Below are positions 36,534 to 46,604 of a DNA stretch of 64,000 nt, one piece after another. The DNA lies in NCBI GenBank assembly GCA_046598735.1, contig JBKJIA010000075.1, positions 5,930 to 69,929 on the forward strand, written 5' to 3'. Made by a program: the position numbers and the translations under genes. Below the pieces are notes generated by a model. The model saw nothing but the letters and a program-made list of their open reading frames with translations, was not told the origin of the DNA and made no database searches. Origin of the DNA: Polyangiales bacterium (GTDB taxonomy: Bacteria > Myxococcota_A > Polyangia > Polyangiales > DASUME01). Position 1 is the first letter of the stretch. The number at the start of each line of letters is the position of its first letter.

Positions 36534-37421
36534 ATGGCGAAACCGCGGGTACTCATAGGGACGTCCGTCGTTGGCACAGCCGCTGCACAGAGGTCGGCGG
36601 AGGTGAGCGTGTCTGCAAACGACTACGACTGGGGACGGTACCGACAAAGCGCGAGCGAAAAGCCGCTGCTCGATGCCTCCCGTGAGCGCGCGCTCCTTGA
36701 ACGCGCCAAGCGAGGCGACCGCCAAGCGATGTCGGAGCTCGTCGACAGCCATCAGCGGTTGGTCGTTCAAATCGCTTCGCGGTATTCCCGTGAAGGCTTG
36801 AGCGCCCACGACCTCATGGCCGAAGGCATGCTTGGGCTGCTCGAAGCGACCCTACGCTTCGACCTCGCGCGTGAGTCGCGCTTTGCAAGTTATGCCACGT
36901 GGTGGGTGCGAGCTTATGTGCGCAGGCACGCGCTTCAGAATCGGCGCATCGTGGGTATGCCCAACTCCCGCGGTGCCCGCATCGCGGCCTCGCGCATACG
37001 CAGCACGGAACGTGGGCTCACTCAAGCCCTGGGACGTCCACCGTCTCGATCTGAGATTGCTCAGGCCCTGGAAGTTTCGGAGCAAGATGTGGAGCTGGTG
37101 CTGCAGGCGCTATCGGCGCGAGACACCTTACTGTTTCAAGGAGAGGCCGATGCCACGTTCGAGCTTCCTGACGCCAGCATGGGCCCCGAGGAGGCACTGG
37201 CAGACGCCGAGTTGCGCGCCGAACGCGCCTGCTTCGTGCACGAAGCATTCGAAGACCTGAGCGGACGCGAGCAAGCCGTCGTGCGCGGTCACCTCTATTC
37301 GGAGGATAGTCGCAGCCTCGCTGAAATCGGCCGCGGACTGGGCGTATCTCGACAGCGCGCCGGGCAAATTCTCGCGGGCGCACGCGAAAAACTCAGGGCA
37401 AGACTTGCAAGAGTTGCCTAG
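36534..37421 (+). CDS. sigma-70 family alternative sigma factor (regions 2, 3 and 4; group-3-like)
   Basis: Region 2 (HQRLVVQIASRY...DLMAEGMLGLLEA..RFD...FASYATWWVRAYV) and region 4 HTH (RSLAEIGRGLGVSRQRAGQI). Start is ATG 36534 in ORF 36294..37421. Confidence 0.8.
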   Translation: MAKPRVLIGTSVVGTAAAQRSAEVSVSANDYDWGRYRQSASEKPLLDASRERALLERAKRGDRQAMSELVDSHQRLVVQIASRYSREGLSAHDLMAEGMLGLLEATLRFDLARESRFASYATWWVRAYVRRHALQNRRIVGMPNSRGARIAASRIRSTERGLTQALGRPPSRSEIAQALEVSEQDVELVLQALSARDTLLFQGEADATFELPDASMGPEEALADAELRAERACFVHEAFEDLSGREQAVVRGHLYSEDSRSLAEIGRGLGVSRQRAGQILAGAREKLRARLARVA

Positions 37422-37467
37422 CGGCGCTTTTGGGTCGACATTGCAGCAAAATTAGTGTGGAGGATTC

Positions 37468-38085
37468 ATGACTGAGGCAAACAGTAAGGTCGTAGTAGTG
37501 GGGGTGGACTTTCAACGCTACGGCGACGAGGCGGCTCTCAGCGCCCTTCGCATGTTGCACGATGGCTCGGCCCGTGTGGTGCACATGCTGCACGTGCTCG
37601 ACCCGCGGGACGTGATCGACGATCCTGAAGCACCGGCGCTTCAGACAGAAGAAGAAGTGGTGGAACGCGCGCCCGCGATCCTGCACGAACGCAGCACACG
37701 CCTTGCGTCCTCAATCGGGGTGACCTTTGCTCCCCATGCCTTGCGCACCCATGCGCGCGTCGGGCGCGCGGTGGAAACCTTACTTCAAATGACCGTGGAC
37801 TACGAAGCGGACCTGCTGATTGTGGGCACCCACAGCCGCCGCGGGATCGACAGGCTGGTGCTCGGGTCGGTTTCAGAAGAGCTCGTTCGCAAAGCGCGCT
37901 GCCCCGTGCTGGTGGCAAGGCCGAAAGACTACGCAGGCGCAGACAAGACCCAGCTACCCGACGCGCCTTACGCAAAAGGCGAGGCTCCCGAGCGCCAGCG
38001 CGATGTTACAGGCCACGTGGTAAGCACCGAATCCGATGGTTGGCATCCTTCCGGTTCGGCACCCACCGGCATGCGCATCGTATGA
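37468..38085 (+). CDS. universal stress protein with C-terminal extension
   Basis: VVVVGVDF...VGTHSRRGIDRLVLGSVSEELVRKARCPVLV, plus a tail of about 55 aa. GGAGG RBS. Confidence 0.8.
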   Translation: MTEANSKVVVVGVDFQRYGDEAALSALRMLHDGSARVVHMLHVLDPRDVIDDPEAPALQTEEEVVERAPAILHERSTRLASSIGVTFAPHALRTHARVGRAVETLLQMTVDYEADLLIVGTHSRRGIDRLVLGSVSEELVRKARCPVLVARPKDYAGADKTQLPDAPYAKGEAPERQRDVTGHVVSTESDGWHPSGSAPTGMRIV

Positions 38086-38158
38086 GTGGCGTCACCTGAG
38101 TATTGCGCGGACTAGAGGAGAGCTTGCCTGAGTCTGCTCGAGGCATGCGCGGAGCAGT

Positions 38159-39409
38159 ATGAGTTTCTTATCCTCTCAGGAAGCGCGTCTCGGCTTGGCG
38201 TTGGCCATTGGTTTACTAATCGGCACAGAGCGCGAACGCAGGCACGCCGAACGTGCCCGCAGAGGCCCTGCCGGCATGCGCTCTTTCGGCTTGGTCGGCT
38301 TCCTGGGCGGACTGTTCGGCTATCTGGGGTCGATGCCGCTCGTGACGACTGGCGCGGCTATCGTGGGCCTGTCGTCCATCGCAGCCTACGTGATGAACCG
38401 CGACGATCCGGATCGCGGCATGACCACGGAGCTTTCGCTGGTGGTCACGTACGGCTTGGGCGTGCTGGCGCTAAGCAACCCCACCCTGTCCGCAGGCGGG
38501 GCCGCGGTCGTCGCATCACTGCTCGCGTTTCGCGGTGGGTTGCACAAATTCGCCCAGGAAATCCTGAGCCAGGAGGAGCTGCATGACAGCCTGGTTTTCT
38601 TGCTGTTTGCGCTGGTCGTGTTACCCATTGCACCTGACGCGCAGGCAGGTCCCTACGGAGCCATCAACCCACAATCGCTGACGCGCTTGGTCGTGGTACT
38701 GATGTTCCTGACGGGCGTGGCGCATATCGCGCAGCGTTTGGTAGGGGCGCGCCTCGGTCTGACTCTCACAGGCTTCGTAGGAGGCTTCGTTTCGAGTAGC
38801 GCCACCATTGCACTCTTGGGTAGCTGGGCCAAAGAGCATCCCACTGCTTGGCGAAGCGCGGTGTCCGGCGCGCTGGCCTCGAGCGTGGCAACGATCGTTC
38901 AGTACTTCGTGATCATCTCTGTGGTCGACTCGCGGCTACTTCAGGTGCTCTTACCTTCCCTCGGCAGTGCAGCTGTTGTGGCAGTGCTGCTCACTGCTGC
39001 TTTCACCTGGTGGCAGGAGCCCGGAGACGCCCTGCCCGAGAAGTCAGGTCGTGCATTTCGCTTGTGGGCTGCGCTCGGATTTGCGCTCGTCTTCTCCCTG
39101 GTGAGCATCGCCTCAGCAGCGCTACGCGAGCGCATGGGCAGCGCCGGCATCTTGCTCGTGTCCACTCTGGCAGCCTTGGTGGACGCGCACTCCACGGCAG
39201 GCTCCGTCGCGGCGCAATACCGCGATGCAAGACTGGACGCGCACACCGTCCAGCTGGCGATCATCGCCGCGCTCTCGGCAAACACCCTGACCAAGGTCGT
39301 ACTCGCGTGGACGGGTAGGCAGGTCAAGTACGGGCTGTGCGTCACGGCTTCGGTGCTGTTGATCGCAGCCGCAGCATGGCTGGGCCTAATGGTGGTAGGC
39401 CCGCTCTGA
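38159..39409 (+). CDS. MgtC/SapB-like N-terminal domain plus DUF4010 membrane protein
   Basis: LALAIGLLIGTERERR motif and a polytopic membrane profile across 416 aa. Confidence 0.6.
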   Translation: MSFLSSQEARLGLALAIGLLIGTERERRHAERARRGPAGMRSFGLVGFLGGLFGYLGSMPLVTTGAAIVGLSSIAAYVMNRDDPDRGMTTELSLVVTYGLGVLALSNPTLSAGGAAVVASLLAFRGGLHKFAQEILSQEELHDSLVFLLFALVVLPIAPDAQAGPYGAINPQSLTRLVVVLMFLTGVAHIAQRLVGARLGLTLTGFVGGFVSSSATIALLGSWAKEHPTAWRSAVSGALASSVATIVQYFVIISVVDSRLLQVLLPSLGSAAVVAVLLTAAFTWWQEPGDALPEKSGRAFRLWAALGFALVFSLVSIASAALRERMGSAGILLVSTLAALVDAHSTAGSVAAQYRDARLDAHTVQLAIIAALSANTLTKVVLAWTGRQVKYGLCVTASVLLIAAAAWLGLMVVGPL

Positions 39410-39471
39410 ACCGTATAGGGTGCGTGAGCTACCGTTGGCGAGCGCATGAACGGTAAGGTTCGCGGCGCGCC

Positions 39472-39486
39472 GCGCAAAGCCTGCGA
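39472..39486. promoter_or_regulatory. near-palindrome GCGCA-AAGCC-TGCGA (candidate EBP site)
   Basis: One arm mismatch. About 105 bp upstream of the -24 element at 39592. A further GCGCAAAC half-site lies at 39503. Confidence 0.4.
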
Positions 39487-39591
39487 ATCCGAGCTCGCAA
39501 ACGCGCAAACGGATCGTCAGGTTTGGCGGCGAACGCGGCAACGCACGAACGTGGACCGCACTAGCTGCGGATCTGTCTCTATTTTTCAGCC

Positions 39592-39607
39592 TGGCACAAC
39601 GCCTGCA
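39592..39607 (+). promoter_or_regulatory. candidate sigma-54 promoter for Rieske oxygenase gene
   Basis: TGGCAC-AACGC-CTGCA, one mismatch. Predicted TSS is about 53 nt upstream of ATG 39671. Confidence 0.55.
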
Positions 39608-39670
39608 CTGGGGAAGCGAACCCCAGCGGCTCGGCGCGTGCCGTGCTGCTGCATGGCGTAGGAGCGCGGC

Positions 39671-40813
39671 ATGTACATTAACTTCTGGTACGCGATGGTA
39701 GAAAGTAAGAACGTGAGCCACGACAAGCCTTCGCACGTGCGGAGGCTGTACCAGGACTTCGTGCTGTGGCGCGATGACCAGGGCAAAGTGCATTGTCTGC
39801 ACGATGTGTGCTCCCACCGCGGCGCCAAGCTGTCCAAGGGCGAAATCCGAAACAACTGCGTACAGTGTCCTTACCATGGCTGGCGGTTCCAAGGCTCGGG
39901 CGATGTCGAGTACATTCCTAGCCTCGGCAAGGACGGACAAAAGTTCCCGCAGCGCACACGCATCGACTCGTATCCAGTCGAAGAGCACTACGGAGTCATC
40001 TTCGCTTTTTTGGGCGATCTGCCCGAGAGCGAGCGCCCACCCTTACTGTTGCCAAATCGCAACCCCAAGGCTCAGGATTATTCAGGTAAGCAATGGCGGC
40101 ATGCAACGCTGGGCTGGGATATCAACAGCAACTACGAGCGCTGCGTCGAAAATGGGCTCGACCCGTCGCACAACGAGTTCGTGCATCCTTCTCACGGCTA
40201 TCAGGGACAGAACCTCGACGAGTATTATGTGCCTGAGTACGACGTAGAGCATCACCCCTGGGGCCAGAGCTTCATGGTCGACTTCAATGCTCCCCCCTCC
40301 ACCGCAGGTGTGGCGGCCCAGGCCGGTCGCACCGAAGGCGGCAAGCTCAACGCGGGCGCAGGGCACAACGGACCGAACCAAGTATGGACCTATATCCACA
40401 TTACCCCCGAAATGTGGGCCCATCAGTACTTATACGAGACGCCAGTGGATAGCCGCCATACGCACGCTATCAACGTAAGCCTGGTAAACTTCGTCGACGC
40501 AGAGACCAGCGACGACGATATCAACGCGATGAATGCCTATATCGCGGGGCAGGACGTGGTGGTGCTCAACGAGGTCATGCCAGTAACGACGCCCGAAGAC
40601 GCCTCTTCGGAGGTCATGATGCCGTCAGACAAGTGTGTGCTGGAGTATCGCCGCTATCTCAAGCGCTGGGATAGGCGCGGATGGCGTATCGATCACAAAG
40701 CCGTCGAGGCCACGTTGGGCGAAAAGGTATACGCCATCCCCTCGCCGCGCAGGCGCACTGAAAAAGGCTGGGTATTTCCGCCTATCCCCCTTGTACCTGG
40801 ACATGAAGACTGA
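39671..40813 (+). CDS. Rieske [2Fe-2S] non-heme-iron oxygenase (alpha-subunit-only type; VanA/KshA/PAO-like class)
   Basis: Rieske CSHRGAKLS...CPYHGWRF and the mononuclear iron motif NGLDPSHNEFVH. Confidence 0.8.
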   Translation: MYINFWYAMVESKNVSHDKPSHVRRLYQDFVLWRDDQGKVHCLHDVCSHRGAKLSKGEIRNNCVQCPYHGWRFQGSGDVEYIPSLGKDGQKFPQRTRIDSYPVEEHYGVIFAFLGDLPESERPPLLLPNRNPKAQDYSGKQWRHATLGWDINSNYERCVENGLDPSHNEFVHPSHGYQGQNLDEYYVPEYDVEHHPWGQSFMVDFNAPPSTAGVAAQAGRTEGGKLNAGAGHNGPNQVWTYIHITPEMWAHQYLYETPVDSRHTHAINVSLVNFVDAETSDDDINAMNAYIAGQDVVVLNEVMPVTTPEDASSEVMMPSDKCVLEYRRYLKRWDRRGWRIDHKAVEATLGEKVYAIPSPRRRTEKGWVFPPIPLVPGHED

Positions 40814-40816
40814 GTA

Positions 40817-41554
40817 CTAAGGCGACTCTCGGGCTCCGTGGCCCAACATGTAGCCATCGGCCCGGGCCAAGAACAGTAAGATGTCCGAGGCCGAGAGCAT
40901 GCCCACGATCTCCCCGTGGGTGGATACGACGACCGCGCGCGAGGTCTGCTCGAACACCATGACCGCAGCGGCGCGAGTCACGGGCGTGCTCTCTTGCAAG
41001 GTAAGGGGCCGGGGGCTCATGACACTCTGCGCGTCGCGCGAGCGGCGCGGCAAGCCGGGCGCACGCGACCCGCCCGCGATGCCTACGACGCCTACGACGC
41101 GCTCCTCTTCCTTGATTGCGCCGGCTGCGTGCACGTCGAGCAATGCATCTGACTCCGACGCGATGCCCAACAGCACCCCTTGGGGATCGACGACGGGGAC
41201 CGCTTTCAAGCCGGTCTGCAGGAACAGCTCTATCAACGCGTCGAGCGAAAGCGTCGGTCGCACGCACAGTACGTTGCGCGTCATCAAGTCGGAGACCGGT
41301 AAGCGTGGCAGTTGCAGGGGGCGCGCAGCACTCTCGCCGCCGCCTGCGTACGGACCGGGGCAGTGGACCTCAACGGGTCGCCCTTCCGCGTCGAATGTGA
41401 TCTCCCTCAGGTGGGGGCAGCGCGCGCATTGCTCAAGTGGCACGCTGCTTTCCTGTCGCTCGCAGCGCACCCAACGTTGCTCACTCTGCCCGCGCTGGGG
41501 CTCCGCGTAATAGACGCGTGTCACCTGATGCGTATCGGCTTCGCGGGACGTCAT
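40817..41554 (-). CDS. CBS-pair protein with N-terminal Cys-containing (zinc-ribbon-like) region
   Basis: CBS pair in the C-terminal 150 aa. Start revised to ATG 41554 (MTSREAD...), which has an AGGAGG RBS 7 nt upstream and a sigma-54 promoter 18 nt upstream. ORF track: 40817..41689. Confidence 0.75.
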   Translation of the reverse strand: MTSREADTHQVTRVYYAEPQRGQSEQRWVRCERQESSVPLEQCARCPHLREITFDAEGRPVEVHCPGPYAGGGESAARPLQLPRLPVSDLMTRNVLCVRPTLSLDALIELFLQTGLKAVPVVDPQGVLLGIASESDALLDVHAAGAIKEEERVVGVVGIAGGSRAPGLPRRSRDAQSVMSPRPLTLQESTPVTRAAAVMVFEQTSRAVVVSTHGEIVGMLSASDILLFLARADGYMLGHGARESP

Positions 41555-41582
41555 GGCACCCCCTCCTGCATCGTGTTGCTTA

Positions 41583-41598
41583 CGCAAGGGCAGTGCCA
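41583..41598 (-). promoter_or_regulatory. candidate sigma-54 promoter for CBS gene
   Basis: Minus strand reads TGGCAC-TGCCC-TTGCG, a full match to TGGCAC-N5-TTGC. Confidence 0.6.
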
Positions 41599-41711
41599 GG
41601 GCCATCAAGTGGGAGCGTGCGCGGTTGGCTCGTTCCTTGCGCTCCTCGACGACACGTACGATGGAGCCTACAAGTAAGGGCGCCGTCACAACTCAAAAAA
41701 AGGAGTCCACC

Positions 41712-41981
41712 ATGGGCGAAGTGACCAAACAGAAATTCACGCGTGAGCTCGATGCCCTCGTCACGATCCGTGATGAGCTCAAGCTGAAGGCGCATCTTGC
41801 CAAGGCCGACCTCAAGGACGAGCTCGATCGCCTGGAAACGAAATGGCAACAGGTCGAGAACGACCTAAGACTTACGGTCGACCATGCCAAGGAACCCCTC
41901 CAAGACATCGGCCACAAGACGGGTGAGCTCCTCAAAGAGCTGAAAAAAGGCTACGAGAGCGTTCGTGACCGTCTCAGCTGA
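41712..41981 (+). CDS. small coiled-coil hypothetical protein
   Basis: 89 aa. ATG 41712 is preceded by AAGGAG. Charged heptad-like sequence. Confidence 0.5.
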   Translation: MGEVTKQKFTRELDALVTIRDELKLKAHLAKADLKDELDRLETKWQQVENDLRLTVDHAKEPLQDIGHKTGELLKELKKGYESVRDRLS

Positions 41982-42825
41982 TTCCAACGAAGCTAAGACC
42001 GCACCTCAAGACCCGATTCACATGCGAGTGGTCGAGTTGCGCAAGAGCTATGGCGACCACGAAGTGCTCAAGGGGATTACCTTCGACGTGCATCGTGGGT
42101 TGACCAACGTGATCATCGGGGCGAGCGGCTCCGGTAAGACCGTGCTCTTGCGCCAGCTCGTGCGGCTCGAACGCCCAGACTCGGGCAGCATCGAGATCGA
42201 TGGCCAGGACATCGTGCCCCTGGGCGAGGCGCAACTTTCGCGCTTCCGACGCAAATTTGGCATGGTGTTTCAGGATTCGGCGCTCTTCGACTCCATGGAC
42301 GTGCTCGACAACGTCGCCTTCCCACTGCGCGAGCATCAACCTGACCTTTCGCGCGCAGAGGTCGCAAAGCGGGTTGAAACCCTTCTGGAGGCGTTGGGCG
42401 TAGGGGCGGCCATCCGTAAGCTTCCCGCCGAGCTTTCGGGTGGCATGAAGAAGCGAGTGGCTGTGGCGCGCGCCCTGATCATGGAACCTGAGATGCTGAT
42501 CTACGACGAGCCCACGCGCGGCCTCGATCCGATCTTATCGCGCACTGTCGATCAGCTGATCGAATCCACGCGCGAGCGATTTGGCGTGAGCTCGGTGTTG
42601 ATCACCCATGACATGCGGTCGGTGCTCGCGATCGCCCAACACGTCAATCTACTGATCGATGGACGCATCGAGACGAGCGAAACGGTCGCAGACTTCGTCG
42701 AGAGCCAAAACCCCAAGGTACGCAAGTTCATGAAGGCCAGCGGCATCAACCTGGAAGCTTGGAAGGAAGGCCACGGGTATGGCGCGCCCGTAACTGCTGC
42801 AACCTTACCGTCTGCTAAAACGTAA
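41965..42825 (+). CDS. ABC transporter ATP-binding protein (MlaF/Mkl-like), no adjacent permease
   Basis: Walker A GASGSGKT, Q-loop, signature LSGGMKKR and Walker B LIYDEPT. The start could be ATG 42022. Confidence 0.8.
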   Translation: MTVSADSNEAKTAPQDPIHMRVVELRKSYGDHEVLKGITFDVHRGLTNVIIGASGSGKTVLLRQLVRLERPDSGSIEIDGQDIVPLGEAQLSRFRRKFGMVFQDSALFDSMDVLDNVAFPLREHQPDLSRAEVAKRVETLLEALGVGAAIRKLPAELSGGMKKRVAVARALIMEPEMLIYDEPTRGLDPILSRTVDQLIESTRERFGVSSVLITHDMRSVLAIAQHVNLLIDGRIETSETVADFVESQNPKVRKFMKASGINLEAWKEGHGYGAPVTAATLPSAKT

Positions 42826-42838
42826 GGCCTGACATCAG

Positions 42839-44413
42839 CTAGGCCGCAATGTAGAAACGTGCGATCGTGCCGCCACCCTCGCGCGCCACGAGCTCGATCT
42901 CGCCGCCATGCTGCGCGACGATCTTACGGACGATGGCAAGGCCGAGGCCGGTGCCACCCTGCTTGCTGGTCACGAAAGGTTGGAAGGCCTCGTCGATCAC
43001 CGCAGCGGAGACGCCGGGACCGTCGTCACAGACAGCGATCGATACGCCACCTTGTTCGCGCGGCTGAGCTTGGATTTCCACGTGGCCATAACCCCGCTCG
43101 GATAACGCCTCGATGGCATTACCAAGTAAATTGATCACCACCTGTTTCAGGCGATCCGCGTCCGCACGCATACTCAGCGTGGGCTCGGATACGCGAATCG
43201 TGAGGGTCACGCCCACGCTCTGGGCAAGGGGCTGTTTGAGCGTGACAACGGACTCGAGCAGCTCTGACACGGAGCAGGCCCGCCTATCGAGTTGGCGGGG
43301 CCGCGCGAGGTTCAAGAAGTCGTCGAGCAAAACAGACAGCCTATCGAGCTCGGCGCGCACGAGCTCCGCGGGCTCCACGACTTGCTTGCTCAGCGCGGGG
43401 CTCGCAGCAGACATGCCCGCACTCGCAGGATCCACCGCGCGTCGCGCGCGCCGGATCAACAGCTCGAGCTGAAGCTTGGCCGCATTGAGCGGGTTGCGAA
43501 TTTCGTGGGCTAAGCTCGTGGTGAGCGTGCCCATCACTGCCATCGCTTCGGTCTCCGCAGTCTTACGCTCGAGCTCCAAGCGCGCCGTGATGTCGATCCC
43601 TACGGCTAGCACGAGCGAGTCCGAACCCGAGCGTCCTTCCATGCTCGCGAGCGATGCGTGCGCTGTGGTCCTTACTATTCCGCCTGCAGGTGTCTGTTCC
43701 TTCATGCGCGTCTGCAACGGCATGAACGTCCAGCGAATCACACGGGCGCGCTTACCTCCGTCATGGTGACCTTCGTGATCGCGGACAGGCTCGCCCGCGA
43801 TCGCTTGCTCGATCGCTTGTGCCAACTTGGGTGCACAATCAGCGCGAGCGAGCGAGGTGAACTCGCGTCCCACCAAGGCCGACTGGCTCACGCCTAAACG
43901 CTCCGCCGCAAAGCGATTGGCAAAGCGGATGGTTCCTTCGCGGCTCAAGCCCAGAATGCAGGCCTCTACCGTTTCGACCATGCTGCGATACAGCGCTTCC
44001 GAAGCTAACAAGCGCTGACTGAGCGCCTGCTTTTCGCGCTTGAGCGCAACTTGCGCCAGGGCTCGCTTGACCAGCGTGACGAGATGCTCAGGCTCGAAGG
44101 GCTTGGGTATGTACGCATATACGCCACGCCGAATCGCTTCGATCGCGCTGTGCAAGGTCGCATTGCCTGTCATCAACAGGATCTCACCGTAAGGGCTGTA
44201 GCTGCGCAATCGCGGCAGCAGATCGAGCCCGCTTTCGTTGCCAGCGAGACCGATGTCGACGATCGCAAGATCGAAACCGCCATCGGACGCAGCAAGATTG
44301 GCGGAGGCAGCATCCGCTGCGAACACGACTTCGATGCCCTCATCTTGCAGCATTTCGGCGATGTTTTCGGCCAGCGCCAGGTTGTCTTCCACCACCAAGA
44401 CGCGCTCGTTCAC
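42839..44413 (-). CDS. hybrid sensor kinase (REC-PAS-HisKA-HATPase)
   Basis: N-terminal receiver, PAS-like middle region, H-box SLAHEIRNPL and GTGLGLAIV. Confidence 0.85.
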   Translation of the reverse strand: MNERVLVVEDNLALAENIAEMLQDEGIEVVFAADAASANLAASDGGFDLAIVDIGLAGNESGLDLLPRLRSYSPYGEILLMTGNATLHSAIEAIRRGVYAYIPKPFEPEHLVTLVKRALAQVALKREKQALSQRLLASEALYRSMVETVEACILGLSREGTIRFANRFAAERLGVSQSALVGREFTSLARADCAPKLAQAIEQAIAGEPVRDHEGHHDGGKRARVIRWTFMPLQTRMKEQTPAGGIVRTTAHASLASMEGRSGSDSLVLAVGIDITARLELERKTAETEAMAVMGTLTTSLAHEIRNPLNAAKLQLELLIRRARRAVDPASAGMSAASPALSKQVVEPAELVRAELDRLSVLLDDFLNLARPRQLDRRACSVSELLESVVTLKQPLAQSVGVTLTIRVSEPTLSMRADADRLKQVVINLLGNAIEALSERGYGHVEIQAQPREQGGVSIAVCDDGPGVSAAVIDEAFQPFVTSKQGGTGLGLAIVRKIVAQHGGEIELVAREGGGTIARFYIAA

Positions 44414-45135
44414 GCGGCGTCTCCGCGCAGCGTGGCGAGAGCATTCACCAGGGCATCAGGAGCAAAAGGCTTCACCATTAGTTGCGCGCGCGTACCGAGC
44501 TCGGCAATCAATGGTGTGTCGTGCTCATCCACATCGAAGCCCGTCACCAAGATGACTGACAGATTGGAAGTGCGGGCAAGCTCCGCCGCGAAGTCCGCAC
44601 CATCGCCGTCGGGGAGTCGGATGTCGATGATCGCAGCCACTAAGGCTTTTCCGAGCACGCGGCGCGCGCTTGCCAATGAATGGGCGCAGTGCACGCGATA
44701 CCCGCTTTCGGTCAGCGCTTCGGACAAGGCCGCGCTGAGCTCCAGATCATCGTCCACGAACAGCACGTCGCGATTGTCGCCACCTTCCTGTTCGAGTGCC
44801 TGCAGAAGCTCAGGTAAGGGTACTGGCTTCATCAGCACCCTGCGCACACCGGCCGCTAGTGCAGAGGCGATGCGATCGTCTTCCGTATAGGCCGTCATCA
44901 GAATGAAAAGCGTGTGCGGATGGGTCTCACGCAGGCGCCGATGCAGACCGACTCCGTCGAGCCCCGGCATGCGTACGTCGAGCAAGGCCACGTCGAATTT
45001 CTTGTCTTCGGATTCGGCCAGCGCACGCGCGGGGTCATCGAACACGCATACCTCGTAGCCCTCAAGCTCGAGTATTTCGCCCAAGTCCTCGGCCAAGGCT
45101 CGGTTGTCATCCACGATCAAGGCTCGCCGCGCCAT
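44410..45135 (-). CDS. response regulator with two tandem receiver domains (REC-REC, no output domain)
   Basis: Two CheY-like modules (ALIVDDNRAL...LLDVRMPGLDG and VLFVDDDLEL...IIDIRLPDGDG). Confidence 0.85.
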   Translation of the reverse strand: MARRALIVDDNRALAEDLGEILELEGYEVCVFDDPARALAESEDKKFDVALLDVRMPGLDGVGLHRRLRETHPHTLFILMTAYTEDDRIASALAAGVRRVLMKPVPLPELLQALEQEGGDNRDVLFVDDDLELSAALSEALTESGYRVHCAHSLASARRVLGKALVAAIIDIRLPDGDGADFAAELARTSNLSVILVTGFDVDEHDTPLIAELGTRAQLMVKPFAPDALVNALATLRGDAA

Positions 45136-45138
45136 CAG

Positions 45139-46341
45139 CTACTCCGCAAAAGCCTGGGGAAATCGCACCTCGAAGCGTGCGCCGCCTAAACTACTGCGCA
45201 AGGCGCGAATGTCACCGCCGTGCTTCTCCGCAACACGCCGACATAGCGCAAGCCCCAGCCCAAGCCCGCGCGCACGTGTGGTGGCAAGCGGCTCGAACAA
45301 ACGGTGGCGAAGCTCTTCGGCGATGCCTTCACCCGTGTCCTCGACAGACAAGATCATCGTTGCCGCTTCGCGGGCCACCTGCACACGCACCTTACGGTCT
45401 GCTAGCTCGCTGAGCGCCTGAATGGCGTTGGTCACGAGATTCACGATCAGGTGGCGGAGCTGCTTAACATCCAGCTTGGCGTCGGGCAGATCCGCTGGCA
45501 CGTCGATAGTGATCTCCACCGTATCGCGCAGGGGAACTTCATCGATCACGGAATGTAAGAGTGCTTCGATCGCTACAGGCGCAGTGACAAGCGGTCGATC
45601 GCGGGCCAGCTCGAGCAGGTCGGAAATGATATTAGTACATGCGGTAAGTTGCTCGCCCAAGCGGCGAGTATGCCGCTCGATGCTGCTATCGCCGACGGGA
45701 ATTCGCTTCTTCAACAAATGCAGCGAGGTTTCCATCACGGCCAGCGGGTTACGCAGCTCGTGCCCCACGAAGCCCGCAAGCTGGCCCAGGGTCGCAAGCC
45801 GTTCACTATCGCGGATGCGCGTGGTGTAGTCCTCGGAATAGGTCTGCAGCATGATCGCAAGCTCGAGATCACAGATTTTATCGAGTGCTTGATGTGCAAG
45901 GCTGCGCCGCTCGGCCACAAACTCCGAGCTGTCAACAGCGGTATGCAGGCCCTCACGCACGATGTTCATGGCCCCAAGCACGTACCGTTGATCGAGTTGA
46001 ATGCGTACGTGCGTGCGACCAATTTTTGCGCGCAACCTGAGATAGTCGACGCCATAGACGCCCGACACCACGCCTTCGAGCCACTGCCTCAAAAACGTCT
46101 TCTGACGTTCAATCTGGGGGGTTCCCCCCTTGAATACGGACAAGGCTGTTGGGTTTTGCTGAATCGCCTCATAGAAACGATCGACGATGCCCGCAAAAGC
46201 GGGCTCCACGCTGGGTCGCAAATCCGCGAGCACCTGAGCGTGGGCCTGACTAAACCCCACGTAGCGCTTAAGCTCTTCGAGAAATTCCTCTTCCCACACT
46301 CGGGCAGACGCCTTTCCTGCCTTGATTGACGGCCCTATCAT
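45139..46341 (-). CDS. globin-coupled sensor histidine kinase (protoglobin domain-HisKA-HATPase)
   Basis: N-terminal globin-sensor pattern (FYEAIQQNP...IGRTHVRIQLDQRYVLGA), then H-box FVGHELRNPL and GLGLGLALC. Confidence 0.75.
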   Translation of the reverse strand: MIGPSIKAGKASARVWEEEFLEELKRYVGFSQAHAQVLADLRPSVEPAFAGIVDRFYEAIQQNPTALSVFKGGTPQIERQKTFLRQWLEGVVSGVYGVDYLRLRAKIGRTHVRIQLDQRYVLGAMNIVREGLHTAVDSSEFVAERRSLAHQALDKICDLELAIMLQTYSEDYTTRIRDSERLATLGQLAGFVGHELRNPLAVMETSLHLLKKRIPVGDSSIERHTRRLGEQLTACTNIISDLLELARDRPLVTAPVAIEALLHSVIDEVPLRDTVEITIDVPADLPDAKLDVKQLRHLIVNLVTNAIQALSELADRKVRVQVAREAATMILSVEDTGEGIAEELRHRLFEPLATTRARGLGLGLALCRRVAEKHGGDIRALRSSLGGARFEVRFPQAFAE

Positions 46342-46383
46342 CTCGACCTTCGTTCAGGTTGCAACCGGAATCCGGAATGAATG

Positions 46384-46399
46384 TGCAACCTGCGGGCCA
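46384..46399 (-). promoter_or_regulatory. candidate sigma-54 promoter for globin-kinase operon
   Basis: Minus strand reads TGGCCC-GCAGG-TTGCA, one mismatch. Predicted TSS is about 32 nt upstream of ATG 46341, which has a GAAGG RBS. Confidence 0.55.
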
Positions 46400-46604
46400 G
46401 GCCCATGGACGGCCTCGGAAAGAGGCTCACCGCCTGCTGGCGCCCTCTGTGCAGAGAAACGCACGCCCCACCCGGTACGTGTCGGCGTCGGGTTTGCGCG
46501 CTACACCGCCTTGCGATGCAAGGCTTGCGTCTGCAACGGGTACCGACGTACCCAAGCAACGAGCGCTCAATCGAGCACTTTCACTTCAAGAAAAAGGACG
46601 CCCT

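Noticed and set aside
46438-46453. TGGCGC-CCTCT-GTGCA on the plus strand, upstream of EBP-B.
   Set aside because: The spacing is correct, but there are three mismatches and it lies about 150 nt from the start. It is not distinguishable from chance without data.
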